Shown here piece by piece: positions 29,684-39,207 of a DNA stretch of 64,000 bases. The notes under the pieces are model-generated. The model worked only from the letters and a program-made list of their open reading frames with translations, did no database searches and was not told the origin of the DNA. The stretch is from an uncultured bacterium (lineage in GTDB: Bacteria; Patescibacteriota; Patescibacteriia; CAIQCM01), in NCBI GenBank assembly GCA_963708045.1, contig OY970181.1:131740-195739 (forward strand). The letters are read 5' to 3'. Each line of letters opens with the position of its first letter. The stretch's first letter is position 1. A program made the position numbers and the translations under genes.

Positions 29684-29755
29684 CGGGCTGTAGCGAAGTG
29701 GTATCGCGCCTGTTTTGGGAACAGGAGGCCGTGGGTTCGACCCCCACCAGCCCGA
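29684..29755 (+). tRNA. tRNA-Pro(TGG)
   Basis: CGGGCTG/CAGCCCG acceptor, CCTGT-TTTGGGA-ACAGG; CCA not encoded. Confidence 0.95.
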
Positions 29756-29778
29756 TACGGAAGAAATTTTTAATAAAT

Positions 29779-30072
29779 ATGACAAATACAATAATTTCAA
29801 TATTATTTTTCGCCGTCGGAATTGCTGGCGCCGTTTTGCTGATTGGCGCATTTTATTTAGCTCAGGTAAATCGTTGGAAAGCCGACGACTTTGCTTACGA
29901 CGCGGCTAATTTTTTTGGCAGTTTGCTTTTGGTCATTTACGCGACCTGGATAATGTCCTGGCCGTTTCTTATTTTAAATACTGTTTGGATGATTGTTTCG
30001 CTTTTTGATATGATCCGCGACATTAAGCGAGATCATCCAAAAAAGAATTTAGAGCCTGGCAATAAGATTTAA
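29779..30072 (+). CDS. Small membrane protein (CBU_0592-like)
   Basis: GIAGAVLLIGAF...YDAANFFGSLLL...WPFLILNTVW; three TM helices. Confidence 0.75.
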   Translation: MTNTIISILFFAVGIAGAVLLIGAFYLAQVNRWKADDFAYDAANFFGSLLLVIYATWIMSWPFLILNTVWMIVSLFDMIRDIKRDHPKKNLEPGNKI

Positions 30073-30138
30073 AAAAGCGACTAATTTGTCGAAGGTTTCG
30101 CCTCGATGGTCGAGGCGAAACCTCAACAAAAAACACCG

Positions 30139-30609
30139 ATGATTACTTTTCATAATCCAACTGACGGCGAGCAAACTTTCAATCAGATGATTGACGGCAT
30201 TGTTTCGTTCGCGAGCGAAGAGTCTAAAGACGGCTATTCGCTGATGGTTGGGACGGACTCCGAAATGTCCGACGAAACTTCGTTTATCACCGCTGTTGTT
30301 ATTCATCGCCACGGCAAAGGTGGCCGATACTACTGGGCAAAGATGATAAAGCCACGGTTTCCAACGCTCCGCGATCGCATTTGGCAAGAAGCGATTTTTT
30401 CCATTTCCATTGCCAAGTCTATTGTTGAAGAACTCGCCAAGCGGGAAATAGAAAATAATAATGTTCAAATTCACGTTGACATTGGCGAACACGGACCAAC
30501 GAGAATGTTGATTCAAGAAATCACCGGCTATGTCCGCGGCAATGGTTTTGCCGTTTACATTAAACCCGAATCTTGCGCCGCTTCGTCCGTGGCCGATCGC
30601 CTTACTTAG
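30139..30609 (+). CDS. Ribonuclease H-like YkuK-family protein
   Basis: VGTDS, TAVVIHRHGKGG, IHVDIGEHGPT, IKPESCAASSVAD. Confidence 0.9.
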   Translation: MITFHNPTDGEQTFNQMIDGIVSFASEESKDGYSLMVGTDSEMSDETSFITAVVIHRHGKGGRYYWAKMIKPRFPTLRDRIWQEAIFSISIAKSIVEELAKREIENNNVQIHVDIGEHGPTRMLIQEITGYVRGNGFAVYIKPESCAASSVADRLT

Positions 30610-30637
30610 GGTTTAGGGGTTAGGGTCTAGGGTTTAG
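30607..30637. repeat. Heptamer tandem array, TAGGGTT type
   Basis: TAGGGTT TAGGGGT TAGGGTC TAGGGTT, starting at the stop codon of the YkuK-family gene. Confidence 0.75.
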
Positions 30638-30739
30638 TGACGCCGATCCCAAAACCTCTTCTGGTCTTGGCAAAAAGAAATATAAATAGTAATATCTCTT
30701 CTTAGTTATTTGAATATTAAACAAGTTCGTATCTAGCGA

Positions 30740-30811
30740 GCGGGTATAGTATAGCGGCTATTACACGAGTTTTCCAAACTCGTTATGAGAGTTCGACTCT
30801 CTCTACCCGCT
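30740..30811 (+). tRNA. tRNA-Gly(TCC)
   Basis: GCGGGTA/TACCCGC acceptor, CGAGT-TTTCCAA-ACTCG, U discriminator. Confidence 0.93.
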
Positions 30812-30835
30812 CATTGGATATGAGTTTTTAATTAA

Positions 30836-31798
30836 ATGTTGATCCAGGATAAAATCTACGGCGATTTTAAGATAACCGATCCGATTATTGTAGAATTGAT
30901 GGGGACGGCGGCTTTTGAACGACTCAAGGGCGTTTGCCAATTCGGCATTCCAGATAAATATTGCAGCAACAAGGGATATTCCCGCTTTGATCATTCTGTT
31001 GGTGTATATATTTTGTTAAACCGATATGGTGCATCCGAGGAAGAACAAGTTGCCGGCCTCTTGCACGATATCTCACATACTGCTTTTTCACATTTAATTG
31101 ATTGGGTTGTTGAAGGGGGCAATAAACAAAAAGAAGATTTCCAAGACAAGGCGCATTTATCTGTTTTAAAACAACCTGAAATATCTAGTATTTTAAAACG
31201 CTGCGGTTATACGGCCGAAGGCATCGCTAATCATCACCGTTTTAAACTTCTTGAAAGCGAGATACCCAACCTTTGCGCCGATAGAATTGACTATACCCTG
31301 CGTCAATTTACCCGCACGATGGTTGAAGCGTGTTTGCCAAAAATTATTATTTTTCAAAAGGAATTTATTTTTTCTGACGAACAAAGTGCCTTGATTTTCG
31401 CCGACAATTACCTAAGACTGCAGGTTACGGAATGGGCTGGTTACGAAGCGTGCACCAGGATCATATTACTTTCGGGAATATTAAAAAAAGCCATAAAAAG
31501 CGAGGATCTGTCAATCAATGACTTCTGGCAAACGGATGATTTTATCATTAACAAAATAATTAGAACCAATAAGAAAGAGTACTTAGATATTTTAAAATTA
31601 TTAGAAAAAAAAGACTTGCGTTACTTACCTAAAGGAACAGAAACCGTGGTGCAAAAATTTCGTCACGTTGACCCAAAAATTTTGATTGACGACAAAACAC
31701 TTCGCCTAAGTGAGCTGAACAACGATTTTAAGATGCGTCTAGAAAAAGCAAAAGGAGACAACTCGCTAGGTGTGCTGCCCGGAGTTTATAATATATAA
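30836..31798 (+). CDS. HD-domain phosphohydrolase
   Basis: RLKGVCQ, SRFDHSVGV, GLLHDISHTAFSH, CADRIDY. Confidence 0.9.
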   Translation: MLIQDKIYGDFKITDPIIVELMGTAAFERLKGVCQFGIPDKYCSNKGYSRFDHSVGVYILLNRYGASEEEQVAGLLHDISHTAFSHLIDWVVEGGNKQKEDFQDKAHLSVLKQPEISSILKRCGYTAEGIANHHRFKLLESEIPNLCADRIDYTLRQFTRTMVEACLPKIIIFQKEFIFSDEQSALIFADNYLRLQVTEWAGYEACTRIILLSGILKKAIKSEDLSINDFWQTDDFIINKIIRTNKKEYLDILKLLEKKDLRYLPKGTETVVQKFRHVDPKILIDDKTLRLSELNNDFKMRLEKAKGDNSLGVLPGVYNI

Positions 31799-31853
31799 AT
31801 TCTATTTAAATCAATAAAGTATCTTCCCCCGATGGTCATCGGGGGCGTGATTT

Positions 31854-32696
31854 TTAAAACATCTTCCTATAAAACTTCGCCGCGTCTTCTGGTGCGACGG
31901 GGTTAATGTTAAAACCCATTCCAATTTCAATCGGTCCCAAATGCGCGCCGCGCGGCGTAACTTTTATATAAAAATGCTGATCCTTGTCCATAACTCGCTC
32001 GTGCATATAAAAATTATATGGCACGTCAAGTTTTTTTATGCCGAGTAAAATTCCTTTTAGAGCGATAGCTATTGATTTGCGCTCGTTTAAAGTTAGATTG
32101 GAAACGTTGTCCAAATGACGGCGCGGATAAATTCGTGCTTCATAAGCGTATTGCGAAGCAAACGGCGCAAAAACAAAAACATTTTTATCGGAATAAATTT
32201 TGCGCGGGCTTTTCTCTTCTTTTATAATAATATCGCAATAAGGACATCGCCCAGTTTTAGCTTCATAGATATGTTCCCAGTGCATCTTATCCTGAAGGTG
32301 CGGCGGAATAAATTCCATTCCAATAACTTGCGAATGTTCGTGAGTTTTTGACGCTCCCGCCTCGGCGCCGTGATTTTTAAAAACCATCACTTGCTTAATG
32401 CGCTTGTCCTTTTTCATTTCTTTTAAGCGTTCGCCGTAAATCCCGATTAGCGTTGATATTTCGCTTACCGAAAGATCGGCAAGCAAGGCATCGTGTTTTG
32501 GCGTATCTATTACAACCTCTTGCCGTCCATAAACTTTTGGATACGACGGCGAAAAAGCCGGATACTTGTTCGGCAGAACGCGTGTCTTAAGTCTGCAAAA
32601 AGGGCACGATATTTTCTTTCCAAATCGTTTTGCGCGCACCGGCGCAATCAGCGCGTATTTATCTTGCAAATAATCTTTCCTAAGTTCGGGGGTCAT
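31854..32696 (-). CDS. galT: Galactose-1-phosphate uridylyltransferase-like (HIT superfamily) protein
   Basis: CPFC, NKYPA, FKNHGAEAGASKTHEHSQ (HxHxQ), PVAPEDAA. Confidence 0.8.
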   Translation of the reverse strand: MTPELRKDYLQDKYALIAPVRAKRFGKKISCPFCRLKTRVLPNKYPAFSPSYPKVYGRQEVVIDTPKHDALLADLSVSEISTLIGIYGERLKEMKKDKRIKQVMVFKNHGAEAGASKTHEHSQVIGMEFIPPHLQDKMHWEHIYEAKTGRCPYCDIIIKEEKSPRKIYSDKNVFVFAPFASQYAYEARIYPRRHLDNVSNLTLNERKSIAIALKGILLGIKKLDVPYNFYMHERVMDKDQHFYIKVTPRGAHLGPIEIGMGFNINPVAPEDAAKFYRKMF

Positions 32697-32762
32697 ATAT
32701 TTATAGTATACTCTATTCCCAACAACTCATCTTGTCTGTTTATTTATAAGCAGACAAGATTA

Positions 32763-33539
32763 CTACCCTGCTCGCAGCGGCTTTCCCAACTTCCAAAGCG
32801 TTTCAAAAAACTGCGCATAACTTTCCGCGATTATTTTACTAGAAATCGTTACGCGCGAAACCGGTTCGCCAAAAATGTTAAAGCCGACTGAATTTGGCCA
32901 AACATTGGTGTTAACGAGACCAGTAAACAAACCTGGCAGTAAACGAAATTCAAACGCTTGACGAAGACCGTGCGTTTTTTTAAGCGTTTCGCTTTGACCC
33001 TCGCTACCGATATAACGAACGCCGATCTTTTTCTTTTGACGCAACCGGTCGTATTCCCCTATGCGCATTCCCATTGTTTCAATAAATTTATCGCCCGAGC
33101 CACCAATCACTAGTAAGGTTGTGCCGGGTGCCGCGCGATCTAGCAAATCAAATTCGTGAGCCACATACGAATCAACACCTTGGAATACTTCAAACTGCTG
33201 TTCCTGCGGGAGCACGATCATGGATCTTAACTTTTCGGCAACCTCGTCCGCTAACCGTTTTTGCTGTTCTATGAGACGAGAAAGGACACTTGGGTTTTTG
33301 GCGCTAAATTTTTTCCGCCCGTTTCTTATGACATGCTGAGCCAACCCTTTTTCTTCTAACTTTTCTAACGCCCGATATACGTACTGCCCGTGCAAAGCCG
33401 TTTTTACGATAATTTTTGAACTTCCCACTTCGCCCAATTCAAGCATTGCCACATATACCATTGCCTCGTTTGGAGTTAAACCCAGACGTTCTAAGTCAGC
33501 TATCACTTTAGCGTTATCAAGATTTTTTGATGAATTCAT
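32763..33539 (-). CDS. TrmB-family transcriptional regulator
   Basis: LGLTPNEAMVYVAMLELG...VYRALEKLEEKGL; F..G after the coiled linker; FFETLWK. Confidence 0.85.
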   Translation of the reverse strand: MNSSKNLDNAKVIADLERLGLTPNEAMVYVAMLELGEVGSSKIIVKTALHGQYVYRALEKLEEKGLAQHVIRNGRKKFSAKNPSVLSRLIEQQKRLADEVAEKLRSMIVLPQEQQFEVFQGVDSYVAHEFDLLDRAAPGTTLLVIGGSGDKFIETMGMRIGEYDRLRQKKKIGVRYIGSEGQSETLKKTHGLRQAFEFRLLPGLFTGLVNTNVWPNSVGFNIFGEPVSRVTISSKIIAESYAQFFETLWKLGKPLRAG

Positions 33540-33740
33540 AATTTTCCCAATGTTTATATGTATATAATATCATACTTTTTATCATCATACAATCTTGACA
33601 AAAGTGCATAAGTCTGATAAAGTACTATCAGAAAACGATGAGCAAGGGTTTGGAGAGAGACCTAAGCTCAATGAAACAAGGAAGTCTGGCGACTCTCTCT
33701 ATGTGAAGGAGTCGCTCTTTTAAAAACAATTTTTGAGAGG

Positions 33741-34284
33741 GATGAACATGACCACCGTTAGTGAATTATTCATACAAATGATTGCGGCTCAATGCAAGAG
33801 AACTGAAACGATATTTAAGATGGTCGTTGACTACACCAAACCTTTTAGTAATTGCCACTACCTTACAGAGTTTGGCGGCTATGATTGCGTTGATATGGAA
33901 AGATTCTGGCTTGCCAGTACTGGTAAATCAGAAAGGGTTGAGATCGAGATGCAGTATGTAACCATTCTGCGCACCGTCACCACAGAGGAGGTGCTTAACG
34001 AGATGGAAAAGTGCGGCCTTCGCCCGGCAAACTTTAGAGAGTTGATGACTTTTGATGAAGTCAATCCATATGCTGTATCACACCCAGAATACGATCCAAT
34101 TGTCGCTCTTGGCGTGTCACAAGATGACGTAAAAAACGACAACTACACCTGTATTTGCAGGGATGAGGATGGTTGTCACCATATCAAATCGTATTACAGA
34201 GGATTCGGCCGACGGCGTAATGAATGGAACGGTAAATATGTTAGGTTCCTTGCCGTCCGAAAGGAAAGCGAAAAAGCTGTCTAG
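33741..34284 (+). CDS. Hypothetical protein
   Basis: Long ORF with TTEEVLNEMEKCGLRPANFRELM...IVALG...RFLAVRK; start approximate. Confidence 0.65.
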
Positions 34285-34549
34285 ATCGCGACAACGAGTA
34301 GTGACGTTCGTACATCATAAATCGGAGGTCTGACCGCACATCAGACCTCCCCCAACTTGAGACGATCATAATTACAATCTTTTCTCAATCGTAAAAAGAT
34401 TGTAACGGTTGGTCGGATGAAGAAGGGGAAAAAATTACTTCCAACCCCAACTAAATTTCGCTCGGCAGAAACCTACCTTCTATTGGTTTGTGAGAGGAGA
34501 AAAACACTTCAATATCGCACAGTAATATATTTTAAAATGATTAACAACT

Positions 34550-34720
34550 TGCCCTCCCCTTAGGGTAAGGGGAGGTAGGAGGGGTTACGAACGCCGCATC
34601 AATGTTTGTGCGGTATAAAATATAGTTTTCAAAACTCCATTGGTATTTTTAAAACATCATCGTCATAGACATATTCAGAACTCTCCCTACCCTCCCTTTT
34701 ACCAAAGGGAGGGCTAAGAT
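34550..34720 (-). repeat. Composite CCCTCCC/GGGAGGG hairpin element (inverted copy of 52479-52635)
   Basis: Reverse complement aligns over ~160 bp with 52479-52635. Confidence 0.8.
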
Positions 34721-34775
34721 GCTTTGATGCTAAATGAAACTTTATCTAAAATACGAGGCCAGGAGATTTCTCATC

Positions 34776-35267
34776 CTACCCTCTCCCATTTTTGGGCGAG
34801 GGTGTTAAGACGGCCGCTGCATATGCGATCGCGAGGGCGTCGGCGGCGTCGTCGGGCTTGGGTATCTTGTCCAATTTAAAAATAATTTTTACCATCTGCT
34901 GCATTTGTTTTTTGTCGGCACTGCCGTAGCCGGTTAAGGATTGTTTCACTTGTCCCGGACCGACCTCAACAACTTTAGCGCCGGACTCGGAACACAAAAG
35001 TAAAATAACCCCGCGTGCCTCCCCGACCGCGGTCGCGGTTTTTACATTTTTTTGGAAAAAAAGTTTTTCCACACCAATAACTTCAGGTTTGTATTCACGG
35101 ATGATCTTGCCCAGGTCGGTTTTAATCATCTGCAAGCGCAAACCATGATCGTCAGTTTTGGGTGTTTCAATGCAGCCGTATGCTACGGCTTGTATTTTGC
35201 TGCTAAGTTTTTCGACAACCCCATAGCCAACGCGGCCAATGCCGGGGTCGATGCCGAGAATTACCAT
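34776..35267 (-). CDS. ruvC: Holliday junction resolvase RuvC
   Basis: ILGIDPG, VEKLFF, GEARGVI, GYGSADKKQ, PDDAADALAIA. Confidence 0.97.
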   Translation of the reverse strand: MVILGIDPGIGRVGYGVVEKLSSKIQAVAYGCIETPKTDDHGLRLQMIKTDLGKIIREYKPEVIGVEKLFFQKNVKTATAVGEARGVILLLCSESGAKVVEVGPGQVKQSLTGYGSADKKQMQQMVKIIFKLDKIPKPDDAADALAIAYAAAVLTPSPKNGRG

Positions 35268-35300
35268 AACTTTTAACTATTAACTGTTAACTTTTAACTT
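35268..35300. repeat. Heptamer array (AACTTTT type) at the 3' end of the four-helix-bundle gene
   Basis: AACTTTT AACTATT AACTGTT AACTTTT AACTT. Confidence 0.85.
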
Positions 35301-35642
35301 GCCGATTACGGCGTTCAATATTCTTTGGACTTCGTGCAATACTTCAAATGATTTTTCGTATTGATCTTTATTACCATATATCTCAATCGCCAAAAGCATT
35401 TGCGTTTCTAATTCCGCCGAGGATCCATACGCAATATATAGAAACTGAATGTATTCTTTTAAATTATGTCTTTGTTTTCCTTCGGCGATATTTGAAGGAA
35501 TTGAAACAGCCGCTCGTCTCATTTGGGAAGACAATCCGTATGTTTCTTGCTTGGGAAAGCTATCGGTTATCCGATAAATTTCTTTTGCCAAATCCATTGA
35601 TTTAGACCAAAAAGTTAGCTCCCGAAATGACTTTACATACAT
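35280..35642 (-). CDS. Four-helix-bundle protein (23S rRNA IVS-protein-like family)
   Basis: SFRELTFW, FPKQETYGLSSQMRRAAVSIPSNIAEG, FLYIAYGSSAELETQ. Confidence 0.93.
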   Translation of the reverse strand: MYVKSFRELTFWSKSMDLAKEIYRITDSFPKQETYGLSSQMRRAAVSIPSNIAEGKQRHNLKEYIQFLYIAYGSSAELETQMLLAIEIYGNKDQYEKSFEVLHEVQRILNAVIGKLKVNS

Positions 35643-35656
35643 ACGAAGCCGGCAAC

Positions 35657-35691
35657 AAAAGTTAAAAGTTAAAAGTTAACAGTTAAAAGTT
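35657..35691. repeat. Heptamer array (AAAAGTT, inverted) upstream of the four-helix-bundle gene
   Basis: AAAAGTT x3, AACAGTT, AAAAGTT. Confidence 0.85.
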
Positions 35692-35695
35692 CGGC

Positions 35696-36400
35696 TTACT
35701 CCGCATTCGTATAAACTTCGTTCACATCCTCGAGCTCATCAAGCGCTTCCAAAAGCGCGTCGAGATTCCCCTGTTCCGCATCGGGAACGGGGATGCGGTC
35801 TTTGGGGATCCATTGCCAGCCGGCGAATTCTACTTCTTCGGCTATGTTGTTTTTTACTTTTTCTAAATTATCCAAGTGTGTGTAGACCGTATAGCCATCG
35901 TCTTCATAAATAACATCGTCAGCACCAGCGTCAATTGCTTTTAATTCAAACTCATCATTTTGCGCTTTTCCAAATCGCAAAACTCCACGATGCTGAAACA
36001 TCCATTGAACACTGCCGGCGCCGGCGAGCGAGCCGGTGTGAACGGCGAGCGCGTGTTTTGTTTCGGCAACGGCCTTGTTCCTATTTGATGCCAAGCATTC
36101 AATAAGAATGGCGACGCCGCCCGGACCATAGGCTTCATAAAGCAAAGTTTCCAACTGTTCCGCTTCCGCGCCCGCACCAACCGCTTTGGCAATGGCGCGA
36201 TCAATGGCGTCTTTGGTAACCCCGGCTTGTTTGGCCGTATCCATTACTAAACGCAATTTAAAATTCATCGCGGGATCCCCGCCGCCGTTTTTTGCCGCCG
36301 TTGAGATTAGCTTTAACATTTTACTGCCGACAATCGCTTTGGCACGATCGGCCGATCCTTTGGCGCGTTTTACTTTTGCCCAATGGCTATGCTTTGACAT
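35696..36400 (-). CDS. yebC: YebC/PmpR-family protein
   Basis: MSKHSHWAKVKR, GDPAMNFKLR, YEAYGPGGVA, GSVQWMF, DVNEVYTN. Confidence 0.95.
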   Translation of the reverse strand: MSKHSHWAKVKRAKGSADRAKAIVGSKMLKLISTAAKNGGGDPAMNFKLRLVMDTAKQAGVTKDAIDRAIAKAVGAGAEAEQLETLLYEAYGPGGVAILIECLASNRNKAVAETKHALAVHTGSLAGAGSVQWMFQHRGVLRFGKAQNDEFELKAIDAGADDVIYEDDGYTVYTHLDNLEKVKNNIAEEVEFAGWQWIPKDRIPVPDAEQGNLDALLEALDELEDVNEVYTNAE

Positions 36401-36474
36401 ATTGACTTTCAAACATATATAGAGTATTATTGTCTTATCACGATGAGGGGGCACACCTAAGGCTCGTCCGAAGG

Positions 36475-36993
36475 TTACTCCCCCTCTTTTTGATTTCTGG
36501 CCAACTTGTTGGCCAGATTATTTATATATACAAAATAAGTCCTAAATTTCCTGAGCAATGCTGAATACTTATTAGGATTAGGAATTATTATGTGAAGCAG
36601 TTTTTTACAATCTTCTAAATATTCAATCAAGCAATGGAAGTCTCCGTCACCAGAAATAATAATTGACTTATCATAATTTTCATACTCAATCATTGCGTGT
36701 AATACCAGTTCAGCATCAACATTTCCCTTTATAAAAACCTTACCGTCTTTTTTGTATTCCAGGGTTGGTTTAAAAACAACTATATAACCGGCCTTCTGAA
36801 GCAAAGTATAAAGCGATTCGTTTCCACGAACATAACCAATAAAAACAAAGGCTTTGTCTATTTTGTATTTATCTTTTAAGTAAACGAAAAATCTTTGGAA
36901 ATCCAACGTCCAGCCGCAACCCTTTATACCAAGGTTAAGGTTCTGACTATCAATAAAGGCGTAGATTTTTTGTTTAGGCATTATTTGATCCAT
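36475..36993 (-). CDS. NYN-domain (PIN-like) protein
   Basis: YAFIDSQNL, KGNVDAELV, IISGDGDF. Confidence 0.9.
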   Translation of the reverse strand: MDQIMPKQKIYAFIDSQNLNLGIKGCGWTLDFQRFFVYLKDKYKIDKAFVFIGYVRGNESLYTLLQKAGYIVVFKPTLEYKKDGKVFIKGNVDAELVLHAMIEYENYDKSIIISGDGDFHCLIEYLEDCKKLLHIIIPNPNKYSALLRKFRTYFVYINNLANKLARNQKEGE

Positions 36994-37075
36994 ACCTGCA
37001 TCTTCCCAAAAAACACTATTTTAATCAAACGCAAATCCCCGCCATATGGCGGGGAGGGTTGTGTCACTAAAAATG

Positions 37076-37882
37076 TTAATTTCCCATCGCGACCTGATTT
37101 TTTCTTTTTTCTTCGGCGTATAATTTATGTACTTGCATAGCGGTGAGTGCCCCCGCATAAACGTGAATTTCATCCATAAAAGCATTGGCGGCATAAGAAA
37201 CAATTCCACCTATTTTAAGATCAACGCTGTTATTCCAACTATTTCCAACCGTCGTCGCGGTTCCTGCAAAATGCCCGTCAATGTAAAGGTTGCGCGTATT
37301 AGCACCGTTAACTGTTCCGACAATTTGATGCCACTTTCCTAAATCATCTCCGCGCTTAGAGACAAAAGGAGTGTTAGAGACACTGGAAGCGGCCAACAAA
37401 AACCCATTATTATTAAAACCATATGCCGAAGAAAGACCAAATACTGCACTATCGCCTTTAAGTATATAAACGGAAGGGGTGGAGACATTCTGATAAACCC
37501 AAAAAGATACCGTGAAATTATCCGCGAGATCCAAACTGCTTGAATCGGGAACGCTTATATATTTTCCAACGGCATTAAAATTTAAAGAGCACCCTGATCC
37601 GGAGGGCGTGCTTGTTGACCATATTGGAGAACCAACAAAAGTACCGTTATTATTATTACCCGACGAATCACTTACGGTTGTGCCCGAGCATTCGTCAAAA
37701 TTCCAGTATCCAGCAGTCTGATCACCGACGGCGCGATCAACACTAGCGGCAAACTGTTTGCCAGATGCAACCCTCGCCTTTTCGCGCGCACCGCCGAGCG
37801 ACACCACCGCGATACTAGAAAGCAGACCAATCACGGCAATGACGACAAGAAGTTCAATTAAAGTGAAGGCGCGATGGGACAT
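37076..37882 (-). CDS. Type IV pilin-like protein with LamG domain
   Basis: AFTLIELL; GYWNFDECSG...WHQIVGT...LYIDG...MDEIHVY. Confidence 0.9.
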   Translation of the reverse strand: MSHRAFTLIELLVVIAVIGLLSSIAVVSLGGAREKARVASGKQFAASVDRAVGDQTAGYWNFDECSGTTVSDSSGNNNNGTFVGSPIWSTSTPSGSGCSLNFNAVGKYISVPDSSSLDLADNFTVSFWVYQNVSTPSVYILKGDSAVFGLSSAYGFNNNGFLLAASSVSNTPFVSKRGDDLGKWHQIVGTVNGANTRNLYIDGHFAGTATTVGNSWNNSVDLKIGGIVSYAANAFMDEIHVYAGALTAMQVHKLYAEEKRKNQVAMGN

Positions 37883-37892
37883 GACGGAATAT

Positions 37893-38732
37893 CTAATGAC
37901 TAATCCGGCTAGTGAGCGACGATTTGTTTATTGTTTCCAGTGCGATTTTATTTTCATCACTTTCTTCAGCGTACAATTTATGAACCTGCATGGCGGTTAA
38001 CGCTCCGGAATACACATGAATCTCATCCAAAAGGGCGTTTGCGGAATATAGCGTGTTCCCGCCAATTAAAAGATCAATGCTATTATTCCAACTCGTCCCC
38101 GCTCCCGTCGCCGTGCCGGCAAAATGACCGTCTAAATAAAAACTTCGTACATTTGAACCATTGACAGTACCGACAAATTGATGCCAAACACCCGTATCAC
38201 TTCCGCGCCTAGGTGCATAAGGATCAAGACTGACATTGTATGTAGCCAACATAAAACCATTACCACCAAAACCATACGCTGGAGCAAGCCCACCCAATGA
38301 GTCACTGCCCTTAAGCATAAATATGGATGTATTCACATTGTTCTGGTAAACCCAAAAAGATATTGTGAAGTTGTTGGAGAGATCCAAACTACTTGAATCA
38401 GGAATGTTTATATAATTAGCGGCGGCAGTAAAATTCAAAGAACAACCCGAGCCGGAGGGTGTATTTGTTGACCATGTTGGAGAGCCGACGAAAGTGCCGT
38501 TATTATTACCCGACGAATCGTTTGCGGTCGTGCCCGAGCATTCGTCAAAATTCCAATACCCAACGGTCTGGTCACCGACTGCACGGTCAACTGTGGTGGC
38601 AAACTGTTTACCAGACGCAACCCTCGCCTTTTCGCGCGCACCACCAAGCGACACCACCGCGATACTAGAAAGCAGACCAATCACGGCAATGACGACAAGA
38701 AGTTCAATTAGGGTAAAGGCACGACGGTTCAT
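37893..38732 (-). CDS. Type IV pilin-like protein with LamG domain (close paralogue of 37076-37882)
   Basis: MNRRAFTLIELL; nearly collinear with the neighbouring gene. Confidence 0.9.
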   Translation of the reverse strand: MNRRAFTLIELLVVIAVIGLLSSIAVVSLGGAREKARVASGKQFATTVDRAVGDQTVGYWNFDECSGTTANDSSGNNNGTFVGSPTWSTNTPSGSGCSLNFTAAANYINIPDSSSLDLSNNFTISFWVYQNNVNTSIFMLKGSDSLGGLAPAYGFGGNGFMLATYNVSLDPYAPRRGSDTGVWHQFVGTVNGSNVRSFYLDGHFAGTATGAGTSWNNSIDLLIGGNTLYSANALLDEIHVYSGALTAMQVHKLYAEESDENKIALETINKSSLTSRISH

Positions 38733-39205
38733 GGATATAAAATATAATAATTTGGCCAAACATTGTGACAACTAGAAGAACAACTCATTTTGTCTGGGTC
38801 ATTTGTTCCTTCAATAGTCATCGCTAAACAATATTGTTCGTTGCTATTTTTTTGATAAACATAGACTGGCCAATTTCCACAGGTTACGGTTCGCGATCCG
38901 CGCTTTTCAAAATCAGGATCTTGGGGCAAAGGGTTAAGATATGGAGCAAGCGCCGCCGCAAGATAGCCGGTAGATACCCAACACGCCCAATCACTAGCAC
39001 AGGCGCCGACGCTTCCTGGATAGGCACTATTGTCGGCGTAATACATTTCTAAAGCCTTCGTTAACGCTCTCATATCTGTCTTTCTTCTAACGTCACGGGC
39101 TTTTGCTCTCGTGCTACTTAACGAGACTACCGCGATTGTGGAAAGCAAACCAATAATCGCAACGACGACAAGAAGTTCAATTAAAGTGAAGGCACGGCGT
39201 TTCAT
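38729..39205 (-). CDS. Type IV pilin / GspG-like protein
   Basis: MKRRAFTLIELL; ALEMYYADNSAYP; LPQDP. Confidence 0.9.
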   Translation of the reverse strand: MKRRAFTLIELLVVVAIIGLLSTIAVVSLSSTRAKARDVRRKTDMRALTKALEMYYADNSAYPGSVGACASDWACWVSTGYLAAALAPYLNPLPQDPDFEKRGSRTVTCGNWPVYVYQKNSNEQYCLAMTIEGTNDPDKMSCSSSCHNVWPNYYILYP

Positions 39206-39207
39206 AA

